The translations under genes were made by a program, and so were the position numbers. This document shows, in pieces, positions 1 to 8,231 of a DNA stretch of 50,623 bases. Origin of the DNA: a virus (lineage: Duplodnaviria > Caudoviricetes); IMG/VR virus record IMGVR_UViG_3300033156_000251, positions 1-50,623 of that record; one strand, given 5' to 3'. Position 1 is the first letter of the stretch. Each line of letters begins with the position of its first letter. The notes beneath the pieces are model-generated. The model was not told the origin of the DNA. It did not search any database and saw only the letters and a list, made by a program, of their open reading frames with translations.

Positions 1-114
1 AAGAAAGCCTGAACAAGTAGTCTTTACAGACAAAGCCACTAGAAAGATTGTAAATAAGACTACAGAGTTCGCTGAAAAATACTCTTCTGCTATACCCATT
101 GTTCAATCCGAAAA
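1..114. repeat. Terminal overlap, identical to 50510-50623
   Basis: The first 114 nt (aagaaagcct...ccgaaaa) recur exactly at the window end and an ORF reads through in frame, indicating a circular or circularly permuted genome of ~50,509 bp. Confidence 0.97.
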
Positions 115-583
115 TTTTAGGTTCAAGCTGGCCAAAATAAGCGCAGCAATTGCCGCCAGGACTTTCAGCACAGATAAAGAATACGAAAAGCTAATTGTAG
201 AGACAGACCATGTTAACTGTGCTGTGTCACTATTGAACTCTTTTTATACTAAACCTAGTATGAACTATGACCAGTTTAGCCAAACTACATCTGCTGCTTC
301 TGTAGTAGCTGAACCAGATAAAGTTGATGAAGCTTTAAAGACTTATGGTAAGGATGAGTTAGCTATTGTAACTGGCCTGCTTGAAATGCACCAAATCTCT
401 GTCGATGCTTTAGCTGATTATGTGGAAGACCCCTTGAATACTAAAAACATGGTAGGTGATTTAGTTCGAGCTAGATGCTTATATAGAGTAGAAGGGACAA
501 TATACTATAACAAGAGTCCTGACTTTATAAAACTATTACGTAAAAAGCAGAAGGAATTATTAAGGAGAAAGAAGAATGGATGA
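2..583 (+). CDS. C-terminal part of the primase-MCM helicase (continues from 48228 across the junction)
   Basis: The frame from base 2 (RKPEQVVFTD...) is open and in frame with the ORF-track 224..583 ORF and with the ORF starting at 48228. Total 2865 nt = 954 aa. Confidence 0.9.
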   Translation, partial: RKPEQVVFTDKATRKIVNKTTEFAEKYSSAIPIVQSENFRFKLAKISAAIAARTFSTDKEYEKLIVETDHVNCAVSLLNSFYTKPSMNYDQFSQTTSAASVVAEPDKVDEALKTYGKDELAIVTGLLEMHQISVDALADYVEDPLNTKNMVGDLVRARCLYRVEGTIYYNKSPDFIKLLRKKQKELLRRKKNG

Positions 584-1043
584 TTGTCTAATTAAAGAAC
601 CTGCTGATGTGCTTCAAATAATAGAGTTGTTCAAGAAGCAGAAAATAGTAAAAGGTGATCTGTTGAGTATGTTAGAAACTAGTATAGCAGAAGTACGTGA
701 TATGGTACTAACAGCTGTAGAAGTAGTAAATTGGCGTCAGTGGTTCTTAAGAACAGGCTTTATAGTGTACAGTATACTATCAGAGTACAAGTTCGACGAG
801 CTACATTTTGCAAAGTTCTTGTTGGGTAAGCATAAGCTATATGGTATGAAGCCACTTCTGGGCTGGAGAGAGTTGGGGATATTGATGAGGCTTGACTCTA
901 AAGTAGCTCGGTTAATCAATATCACAAATAGTCAATCAGGTGTAAATCTAGGCGATGAGACGGTAGAAGATACATTAAAGGACTCACTCGGTTATTGTAT
1001 TTTGGGATATTTACTGACATGTCAAAACAGAAAAGAAAAGTAA
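576..1043 (+). CDS. Nucleotide-modification-associated all-alpha (MazG/DUF1599-like) protein
   Basis: KHKLYG...GILMRLDSKVARL...ETVEDTLKDSLGYCILG pattern, located in the nucleotide-metabolism cluster. Confidence 0.65.
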   Translation: MDDCLIKEPADVLQIIELFKKQKIVKGDLLSMLETSIAEVRDMVLTAVEVVNWRQWFLRTGFIVYSILSEYKFDELHFAKFLLGKHKLYGMKPLLGWRELGILMRLDSKVARLINITNSQSGVNLGDETVEDTLKDSLGYCILGYLLTCQNRKEK

Positions 1044-1399
1044 AACTACATACAGAAAAGAGAAAACGCTTAAACGAGACCAGGTTGGGTATTACAAGAA
1101 AAGTACGAGTGGCTCAGTTGGATTATTATATCACTGTGAACTTTTTTGAAGATACTGATAAACCCGGAGAAGTGTTTATAAAGATTGCCAAGGAAGGCAG
1201 TACCATAGCTGGATTGATAGATGCTTTATGCACAACCATCAGTATTGCTTTACAATATGGAGTTAATTGGGAAGTACTCGGACAAAAGTATTTGCAGACT
1301 ATCTTTGACCCACGCGATGATGAGGCTAGTTCATTAGTTGACAGTATTGCTAAGTCCATAACAAAAATTATTGAATTAAGAAAGGAGCTACTAAAATGA
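1019..1399 (+). CDS. Stand-alone TSCPD/NrdJb-like domain (class II ribonucleotide reductase C-terminal domain)
   Basis: YITVNFFED..PGEVFIKIAKEGSTIAGLIDALCTTISIALQYGV...SLVD; ATG at 1019. Confidence 0.8.
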   Translation: MSKQKRKVKLHTEKRKRLNETRLGITRKVRVAQLDYYITVNFFEDTDKPGEVFIKIAKEGSTIAGLIDALCTTISIALQYGVNWEVLGQKYLQTIFDPRDDEASSLVDSIAKSITKIIELRKELLK

Positions 1400-1584
1400 T
1401 CTCACCAAAAGAGATACATAATCTAGAGCAAGGAATGCAGGAGTTTAAGGATTACTTTATTCCAACACTTAAAACTTTTTTTGAAGGATTAAATGAGAAT
1501 GGTTTTACAAGAGAAGAATCTTTTAGACTCACAGAAGAGTATATGCTAGTATTCTTGTCTAGAGCTTTTACTAATAATTCATAA
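1396..1584 (+). CDS. Small hypothetical protein
   Basis: AAGGAG RBS, and ATGA overlap with the upstream stop. Confidence 0.7.
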   Translation: MISPKEIHNLEQGMQEFKDYFIPTLKTFFEGLNENGFTREESFRLTEEYMLVFLSRAFTNNS

Positions 1585-1608
1585 TAATCTAGAAAGGGAG
1601 TAATTCAA

Positions 1609-2277
1609 ATGAATGTAGATGATATACAGAATGAAATTGTAGTACCCGAACATCCCATAGTAGATATTTTTATCCTACAAGAAGGTTTGATGAAGACTTA
1701 TGACCAAATTGAGAGGTTAAATAAGTTATATGTACCTAGTCCGCCCTACTACATAGATGATGTTAAGGTGCAAGTCCGTATTAAGGATATGTTTTGGCGC
1801 ACTACCGAAGAATTAGCTGAGGCTATGGAAGTTTTACCTCCTCTGCCTCAACTATGTAGATGGAAACAATTTTGGGATATTAGTCCTACAATAAGACACT
1901 TCTTTGAAGAATTATCTGATGCTTTGCATTTTTTAGTAGAAGCTTCTATTATAGCAAATTTAGATCCTTCTTCAGAAGTAGAACCTTTGTTTGATTATCC
2001 CGAAGTAGCTTTTAATGCAAATGATGATTTAGATATAGGACAACTTGCAGCAAATATAATTTTCAGTATGGGTCTTGCTGCTAACATACTCAAAAACAAA
2101 CCATGGAAACAAACTCAAATGCCTACTGACGTTGAAAAGTTCAAAAATAAGCTAATCAAAGTATGGGCAGACTTCGCTACATTGTGGCAAGAACTGCAGT
2201 GTTCCATAGAAGATGTTTATAAACTATATGTTAAAAAGCATGATGTTAATGTATGGAGACAGAACACGCACTACTAA
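1609..2277 (+). CDS. Dimeric all-alpha dUTPase/dCTPase (MazG-like)
   Basis: EELAEA and EELSDALHF acidic helices, NKPWK motif, and C-terminal Y..K..VN..RQ...Y. Confidence 0.8.
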   Translation: MNVDDIQNEIVVPEHPIVDIFILQEGLMKTYDQIERLNKLYVPSPPYYIDDVKVQVRIKDMFWRTTEELAEAMEVLPPLPQLCRWKQFWDISPTIRHFFEELSDALHFLVEASIIANLDPSSEVEPLFDYPEVAFNANDDLDIGQLAANIIFSMGLAANILKNKPWKQTQMPTDVEKFKNKLIKVWADFATLWQELQCSIEDVYKLYVKKHDVNVWRQNTHY

Positions 2278-2278
2278 A

Positions 2279-3061
2279 ATGAGAAAAATCTATAACAATA
2301 TAACACAGCTTTCAAAAAGCTTATTGCCTTATATGCTGGGCAGCTCCGGTGGCGTAATTAAATCTAATGCTTATCATATATTTGATGTGCTACTACAGAG
2401 TAAGACTTGTGAATATGATATAGACCTGGGACTAATAACGGGACACACTAAGAACAGGTGGACTAAATTGATTAGTCAATATATAGACAGAACTAGACTA
2501 GACAGTTTTATTGAATTAGCTAGGGGTTTAGATAATCAATGTAGCGTAGCTATGCAGTTTAAAGCTGTTACACCTAGGAAACTACATCATCAATATGGCA
2601 ACTGTCTGTTAGCTATAGTATATAGTAATAACACTCTTACTTTGTTTAGTAGAACATGCTATGTAGGGTATATGAGCTACTTTGATTTGGCTTTGGCGCA
2701 TAAGATAGCTTGTACAATAAAGGACCCAAAAGATATACGCTTTAAATGGTACATATCAGATTTACAAGTAAGCTTTCTTCGTACATTGCAGGTCATCATG
2801 TTAGATAAAGACCTTAACAAAAAACTAGTTCAATTATCAAAACATCCTAAAAAGCTTGCACAAAGTAGTGTATCCTGGCAAAGAATTGTAGGAGTTTATA
2901 GGCGTAGATTCTTATATCATTATGAAAAGTCGGGTGATAGTATATTAGAAGAAATAAAGTATGGGCCTACTAAGAGATATGTCAAGAAGTGGCTAATTCT
3001 TCAAAATAAACTCCCGGGTACTTATCCCCAAAGTTTTACAGTAAGAGAGCTTTCATTATGA
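2279..3061 (+). CDS. Divergent thymidylate-synthase-fold protein (paralog 1)
   Basis: GNCLLAIVY...LFSRTCYVGYMSYFD: Cys, Arg and an Asp 11 residues after the Arg, spaced as in the TS fold. Likely ATG at 2279. Confidence 0.55.
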   Translation: MRKIYNNITQLSKSLLPYMLGSSGGVIKSNAYHIFDVLLQSKTCEYDIDLGLITGHTKNRWTKLISQYIDRTRLDSFIELARGLDNQCSVAMQFKAVTPRKLHHQYGNCLLAIVYSNNTLTLFSRTCYVGYMSYFDLALAHKIACTIKDPKDIRFKWYISDLQVSFLRTLQVIMLDKDLNKKLVQLSKHPKKLAQSSVSWQRIVGVYRRRFLYHYEKSGDSILEEIKYGPTKRYVKKWLILQNKLPGTYPQSFTVRELSL

Positions 3062-3612
3062 ATAGAAGAGGTAAATTGATTAGACTCGATAGACTTAGAA
3101 ATCCAGATTGTAAGCGATGTAGCTTATATAAGTCTACAAAACATGTCTGTATATTAGGCAAAGGAAATGTAATGGCTTCAATAATGTTAGTAGGTGAAGC
3201 TCCAGGAGCTGCTGAAGAGAGAACAGGAAAGCCATTCATGGGCAGAGCCGGAAAGCTACTTGATAAACTACTGGTGTCTTTAAAGCTGCAGAACAAGGTG
3301 TATATTACAAATCCTGTACATTGTAGACCGCCTGATAATAGAAAGCCTACAAAGCAAGAGATAGAAGCATGTAGGATATATTTCGACGGCGAGCTTAATA
3401 TCATAAAACCTAAAACCATAGTTCTGATGGGTAGAACAGCAATTGAGTCTTACGGATTTGGGCCTGAAGTGAATGCAGGCAGTAAGCCCTTTCTGTTCGA
3501 CGAGACTTGGTACATTATTCCAACCTGGCATCCTTCGTATTGTCTCAGAAGAGGTAAAGCTGCTACTCATGATTTATTTAACGCTCTGCTACGAGCAAAA
3601 GAAAGGGGTTGA
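3058..3612 (+). CDS. Uracil-DNA glycosylase family 4 (Fe-S)
   Basis: CKRC, GEAPG.AE...G.PF.G.AG, CRPP.NR.P...E...C and HPSY motifs. Confidence 0.93.
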   Translation: MNRRGKLIRLDRLRNPDCKRCSLYKSTKHVCILGKGNVMASIMLVGEAPGAAEERTGKPFMGRAGKLLDKLLVSLKLQNKVYITNPVHCRPPDNRKPTKQEIEACRIYFDGELNIIKPKTIVLMGRTAIESYGFGPEVNAGSKPFLFDETWYIIPTWHPSYCLRRGKAATHDLFNALLRAKERG

Positions 3613-3617
3613 GAATT

Positions 3618-3812
3618 ATGTTGGTACTCAGTAGAGGAATAGGAGAATCAGTACAAATTGGAAATGATATCACTGTGGCAGTAGTAGATGTACGAGGAAA
3701 CAGGGTACGTTTGGGCATTATTGCACCGAAGAAAGTTTCTGTACACCGTCAAGAGATTTATCAGTCTATTAAGAAAGGAGTTAAGAATGAGAATTTACAC
3801 CAATCCCTATGA
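3618..3812 (+). CDS. csrA: Carbon storage regulator CsrA/RsmA
   Basis: [46 protein letters not shown] matches the canonical CsrA pattern. Confidence 0.95.
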   Translation: MLVLSRGIGESVQIGNDITVAVVDVRGNRVRLGIIAPKKVSVHRQEIYQSIKKGVKNENLHQSL

Positions 3813-4539
3813 AGCGATGCGGGAGACAGAACGAGAACTCTGGGAAATGGCCATTGAAGTTCACCCCGAAACTATGCAGGATAAACTGGTTAGAGACAAT
3901 CCCGATTATCTAACTAAAGAGATACGTGGCTATGCTTTTAAAATCAAGGACTGGCAGTGGAACATTACAGATATTAAAAGAGTGATGAAGTACTTTTTTA
4001 GAGAGGAAGCGGATGATGTTCTTACTTATGTGCTAGTAGAATTCAGAGAGCGCGTTTCTGGCAAGGTCTATAATCCAGGCAAAGCATACTTACACAGACA
4101 GCAACTGTGGAAAGAATATCTACATGAGGGTAAGTTCGCTTATACTTATTCTGAAAGGCTTGCTCCTCAAATAAAGATTATACTACATGAGTTACAAAAG
4201 CACCCTGAAACTAGACAGGCTATCCTTAACATCCATAGTAATATCAGACCCGTAGAAGGAGATGTTTGGCCGTCTGATGATTTGCTTAATATAGGCGGAG
4301 CTGGAAGAGTGCCATGTAGTATGTACTATCAAATTATGATACGAGAGAAGAAGGTAGACCTTGTATACTGCATGCGCTCATGTGATTTTTTACAGCACTT
4401 CCCTGTAGATATAAGCCTAGCATTACTAATACAAGATTGGTTTGCTGATAACCTAAAATTGCTAACAGGTACTTTTACCTACTTTGTGGGAAGTTTACAT
4501 GCTTACCACAAAGATTTGAAAGAACGGGAGATATTCTGA
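3787..4539 (+). CDS. Thymidylate-synthase family enzyme, probably dCMP-specific (dCMP hydroxymethylase/methylase-like)
   Basis: [26 protein letters not shown] (Asp at the position of ThyA Asn177) and GSLHAY. AAGGAG RBS before ATG 3787. Confidence 0.85.
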   Translation: MRIYTNPYEAMRETERELWEMAIEVHPETMQDKLVRDNPDYLTKEIRGYAFKIKDWQWNITDIKRVMKYFFREEADDVLTYVLVEFRERVSGKVYNPGKAYLHRQQLWKEYLHEGKFAYTYSERLAPQIKIILHELQKHPETRQAILNIHSNIRPVEGDVWPSDDLLNIGGAGRVPCSMYYQIMIREKKVDLVYCMRSCDFLQHFPVDISLALLIQDWFADNLKLLTGTFTYFVGSLHAYHKDLKEREIF

Positions 4540-4540
4540 A

Positions 4541-4966
4541 ATGTTTAATGAAAGACCAAAACGAGAGACAATTTATATGAAGTTTGCTTACCTATGGGCA
4601 GCTCGTTCCTTATGTAAGCAAGAGAATCGTAAAATTGGGTGTGTTATAACTACAGAGGATATGCGACTAGTTCTCTCAACCGGGTACAATGGGCCTCCTA
4701 GGCCATTAGGTAATTCAGCTTGTAGAAACATCCCTGGCGATTGTGGTTGTAGTCACGCAGAGGCTAACGCTATTGCTATGGTGGACGGCACTATACCCGA
4801 CAAAATTATGTTTGTCACCATGGCACCCTGTGAGTATTGTGCTAATCTAATTGTTCAATCAAACATTTTTAAAGTATTCTATTGTGAGCCTTATAGGGAC
4901 AGTAGAGGTTTAGATAGGTTAGAAGCATGCGGCGTGATAGTAATAAGAATGGCCTACCCCATTTAA
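4541..4966 (+). CDS. dCMP deaminase
   Basis: TGYNG, HAEANAI and PCEYC zinc-deaminase motifs. Confidence 0.92.
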   Translation: MFNERPKRETIYMKFAYLWAARSLCKQENRKIGCVITTEDMRLVLSTGYNGPPRPLGNSACRNIPGDCGCSHAEANAIAMVDGTIPDKIMFVTMAPCEYCANLIVQSNIFKVFYCEPYRDSRGLDRLEACGVIVIRMAYPI

Positions 4967-6909
4967 AAGGTAAGGTAGTATCAATAGACACAGAAGCTAC
5001 AGGGCTAGATCCTTATCACGGAGACAGAGTGTTCTGTTGGTCTTATTTTACAAGTAAGGGCGAATGGGGTTTTATGCATAAGACTTCTAAAAACCTTCAA
5101 TGGCTAGAAGATTTGTTAAATGACAGTAGTAAACATATAGTATTTCACAAAGCCAAATATGACCTGCAGATGTTATATTTTGAAGGTATTGATGTTTTCA
5201 ATCTTAAATCAGATATTCACGATACTATGATTATGTCCAAGGTTCTTAATTCAGTAGAGAAGCGACACAATCTACGGTATCTCTCTCAAAAACATTTATC
5301 AGTGAATACCTCTGATAAAGATGATATTGAAGATTGGATAAAAGCTAATAAGCGAGCCTTTACCAAACAACATGGTAGGCCACCTAATTTTAGTGATGCT
5401 CCTAAGGAGCTTGTCAAGAGAAGGGTTATGTGGGATGCTCAGATGACTTTCTGGTTATTCAATAAGTTATATCCCCAGGTTCAAAAGATATGTCCTGGCT
5501 TATATGAGACGGAAAGGAAACTAATCTTTGTTTGCCTGGACATGGAACTAACAGGCATAACCATTGATATATCACGAGCCGAGAAATTGAGAAGCCAAGC
5601 TTTACACAGTCTCAGTAAATTACAAACAGAGCTTAACAAACTTGTATGTCCTCTAACTATAGAATATGGTAATAAGACAGAAGTTGTTAAAGAGTTCAAT
5701 CCTAACAGTCCTTTAAAACATCTTCCAGCCGCTTTCAAGAAGTTAAAGCTCAAGCTTAAATATAGAACTAAACCGAAGAAGAATAAAAAGAAAGGTGTTA
5801 AGACTGGTGGCGGTAACTGGTCATTTGATGAATACTCCTTAATCAGATACACCTCAAAACCGCTAGCAGAAGTTTTACAACAAGCTAGTAAAGAGAATTG
5901 GTCTTTTGGTAAATTTTATAGCACCATACACAGGGTTGTAGCCAAACACAAACTATCAAAAGCCGAACTTCTACCTGCCCTTGTACTGAAATACAGAGAA
6001 CTTACTAAATTAGTATCTACCTACTATAATCATCTTATTGAAGATTGTACTAATATTCACACAACCCCAAATGGTACTAAACTAGGTATACTACATTGTA
6101 AATTCAATCAGAGTGAAGCCTCTACTGGTAGATTCAGTTCATCAAAACCTAACCTACAAAACATGCCCAGATTGTTGGGGCCTCGTGAATGTTTTGTGCC
6201 TCGTAAGGGTAGAAAGTTTTGGTTAATAGATTATGCTCAGGTAGAGATGAGATTTTATACTCACTTCGCCAAAGATAAAAAGATGGCGGAAAGAATTCCT
6301 ACTGATTTGCATAGAGGTACAGCTTCTGAGATGTACAAAAAACCACCTGAGCAGGTCACACATGAAGAAAGAGAAAGAGCTGCTTCTATAAATTTCGCAG
6401 TTATTTATGGGTCTGGTCCTGCTACTATGGCTGAGACTTTATCGCGTAGAGGTTCACCTACTACTCAATCTGAAGCAGTACGATTCATAAATAAATATCA
6501 TAGTATATATCCTTCTGTTCGTAGAACTGCTAGAGAACTATCTCGTCAGTTAATCTCCCAGGGTTATATAACTAACCCCTTCGGCAGAAGATATTATATA
6601 CCCAGCAAGTTCAGCTATAAAGCTCTTAACTACATGTGTCAGGGTACTTCTGCCGACTTAATCAAACAAGTTATGGTTAAGGTTTGGACTTGGCTACGCA
6701 AAAATGGGTTCAAAACCAAAATACTCTTAACCATACATGATGAGCTTGTATTTGAGGTGCCCCACTCAGAGGAGCAAGTAGTAGTACCAAAATTAGTTGA
6801 GATGATGGAAGACAGAAGTTCTTACTTCATACCCATCACTGTAGGAGTAGATGTCGCTAAGAAGAACTGGAATAGGAAGGTGAAATATGAAGTTACCCCA
6901 AGTTTATGA
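4927..6909 (+). CDS. Family A DNA polymerase with 3'-5' exonuclease
   Basis: DTEATG exonuclease motif, TGRFSSSKPNLQN, DYAQVEMR, QGTSAD and IHDEL. Start position is uncertain. Confidence 0.95.
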   Translation: MRRDSNKNGLPHLKGKVVSIDTEATGLDPYHGDRVFCWSYFTSKGEWGFMHKTSKNLQWLEDLLNDSSKHIVFHKAKYDLQMLYFEGIDVFNLKSDIHDTMIMSKVLNSVEKRHNLRYLSQKHLSVNTSDKDDIEDWIKANKRAFTKQHGRPPNFSDAPKELVKRRVMWDAQMTFWLFNKLYPQVQKICPGLYETERKLIFVCLDMELTGITIDISRAEKLRSQALHSLSKLQTELNKLVCPLTIEYGNKTEVVKEFNPNSPLKHLPAAFKKLKLKLKYRTKPKKNKKKGVKTGGGNWSFDEYSLIRYTSKPLAEVLQQASKENWSFGKFYSTIHRVVAKHKLSKAELLPALVLKYRELTKLVSTYYNHLIEDCTNIHTTPNGTKLGILHCKFNQSEASTGRFSSSKPNLQNMPRLLGPRECFVPRKGRKFWLIDYAQVEMRFYTHFAKDKKMAERIPTDLHRGTASEMYKKPPEQVTHEERERAASINFAVIYGSGPATMAETLSRRGSPTTQSEAVRFINKYHSIYPSVRRTARELSRQLISQGYITNPFGRRYYIPSKFSYKALNYMCQGTSADLIKQVMVKVWTWLRKNGFKTKILLTIHDELVFEVPHSEEQVVVPKLVEMMEDRSSYFIPITVGVDVAKKNWNRKVKYEVTPSL

Positions 6910-7735
6910 AGATCTACATAAAAGAGTACTAGCCAATAAAGATTTACGACTGTATCACGATGTTTATTACAGTTGTGACTGGAATCTTTGGGATGTCTGG
7001 ACACCATCAGGATATGGGATACAGAAAATTCCTTTCCTGCAGGGTGTTTATATCGACTTTAACCATCTGGAAGATACAAAAGAATTATTTCACAAGTATT
7101 GGAACAGAAGTAGTTTTAGAACCAAAGGGTTTGCTGTTACTTTTCATTTTGGTAACATCATCCAACAAAAGCCAGAGATTTTAAAGCTCATAGATCAACT
7201 AAAACTACAGGGAAATAAAGGCAGTAAAGAAGCCAGGCAGATTAGAACCAAGCTAAGAAAGTTAGGACACAGTGGGGGTTTAATTGATACTAAAAAAGCT
7301 ACGGGGGGTTTATGCATTACTTCTATTATATTCAGAGCAAGTCCCGTGAGGGAGATCTACCCTCTTGTAACTTTTAGAACTGTAGAAATTACTAGAAGAT
7401 TATTAGCTGATATAATGTTGGTTGAGAATGTTTTTAGACAAGTTCTCTCAGACTGTTATCAATACATTAAGAAGGTGGAAATAAACTTTGGTATTCCTTG
7501 GGTGGCTAACTATAATCTTATACTTGTCAAGAATTTATTACCTGTCGCAATTAAGTCTTTACATCCCAGCTTAAAATCTTATTTGAAAATCAACAAAGAA
7601 GTTAACTATACAGCGCATAAAAAAGCCCAGGAGTTGTCTAATAAATTTAGTAGCTCCCCCATGATTATAAATGGAAAGGTACAAGCTGAATTCAGGAAGT
7701 TCAAGTTCCGTCCTCTGATTAAACGAGGCGAATAA
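6887..7735 (+). CDS. Divergent thymidylate-synthase-fold protein (paralog 3) with inserted RKLGH module
   Basis: GLCITSIIF...FRTVEITRRLLAD (Cys, Arg, Asp at R+11). Contains RQIRTKLRKLGHSGGL. Confidence 0.5.
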   Translation: MKLPQVYEDLHKRVLANKDLRLYHDVYYSCDWNLWDVWTPSGYGIQKIPFLQGVYIDFNHLEDTKELFHKYWNRSSFRTKGFAVTFHFGNIIQQKPEILKLIDQLKLQGNKGSKEARQIRTKLRKLGHSGGLIDTKKATGGLCITSIIFRASPVREIYPLVTFRTVEITRRLLADIMLVENVFRQVLSDCYQYIKKVEINFGIPWVANYNLILVKNLLPVAIKSLHPSLKSYLKINKEVNYTAHKKAQELSNKFSSSPMIINGKVQAEFRKFKFRPLIKRGE

Positions 7736-7744
7736 TTTTTTAGT

Positions 7745-7773
7745 CTGAAAGGTTTACGAGTTTTCGTTATAAT
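7745..7773 (+). promoter_or_regulatory. Sigma70-like promoter of the candidate sRNA
   Basis: CTGAAA (7745-7750), 17-bp spacer, TATAAT (7768-7773). No ORF follows before the terminator. Confidence 0.65.
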
Positions 7774-7779
7774 AAAGTT

Positions 7780-7845
7780 GGCTCAGGAAGAGCTCTGCCC
7801 GGCAGTCCTCCCGCAATTGCGTTGCTCCGGCTGCTGGGCTTTTTT
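7780..7845 (+). ncRNA. Candidate trans-acting sRNA: CsrA-site hairpin plus anti-RBS loop terminator
   Basis: GGCUC-AGGAA-GAGCU hairpin, then an 11-bp stem (7797-7807 with 7829-7839) around a 21-nt loop containing AUUGCGUUGCUCC, then U6. Confidence 0.7.
7797..7845 (+). terminator. Intrinsic terminator with an unusually large loop
   Basis: GCCCGGCAGTC...GGCTGCTGGGC followed by TTTTTT. Confidence 0.75.
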
Positions 7846-7943
7846 ATATACCCTCATTTTTAGGCCAAAAATGGCTGTTTTCGGTCAAAATGGCCGTTTT
7901 TGATATCAAAAAGGCTGGTTTTTTGTAGAAACTCAGAGAGTCT

Positions 7944-8123
7944 CGTAAGTCTTTATTTTGCAAGTATTTACGTGAATTGTAATTACTTAGGTAAGTTCTT
8001 ACTTTACAAGCACTTACAACGATTTTTGAGATGCCCACGGGTATAATTATACCCATATTTAATTTAATAAAAATTTACCCAAAATTTTTTGCTACGTAAG
8101 TGCTTGTTTTGCATAGGTTTATC
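7944..8123. repeat. Three copies of a 29-bp imperfect palindrome (7944-7972, 7990-8018, 8095-8123)
   Basis: For example CGTAAGTCTTTATTTTGCAAGTATTTACG. Five more copies occur elsewhere. Confidence 0.8.
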
Positions 8124-8154
8124 AAAACCCTGAAAATTTTTTTGTAAAATTTCA

Positions 8155-8183
8155 TTTACATACCCCCTTTCCTATAGTATAGT
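8155..8183 (+). promoter_or_regulatory. Early sigma70-like promoter
   Basis: TTTACA, 17 bp, TATAGT (with an adjacent TATAAT at 8183-8188). AT-rich upstream; lies ahead of the small-gene cluster. Confidence 0.65.
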
Positions 8184-8218
8184 ATAATTGTAATTTAAAA
8201 TTGAATACTTAATTTTAA

Positions 8219-8231
8219 GGAGCAACGCAAT
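8219..8231 (+). promoter_or_regulatory. Shared extended RBS motif GGAGCAACGCAA (also 8470-8481, 8767-8778, 9147-9158, 10434-10445 with one C>T, 44881-44892)
   Basis: A 12-mer running from the SD to the ATG, identical in five genes and with one substitution in a sixth. Confidence 0.9.

Noticed and set aside
224-583. 119-aa ORF as an independent gene
   Set aside because: It is the in-frame C-terminus of the primase-MCM gene that wraps around the junction.
5690-5980. Lys-rich insertion in PolA as an intein or intron
   Set aside because: Short and in frame, with no intein C/S...HN termini and no homing-endonuclease motif.
7844-8056. 70-aa minus-strand ORF in the intergenic region
   Set aside because: No RBS or recognisable motif; it overlaps the palindromic regulatory repeats.
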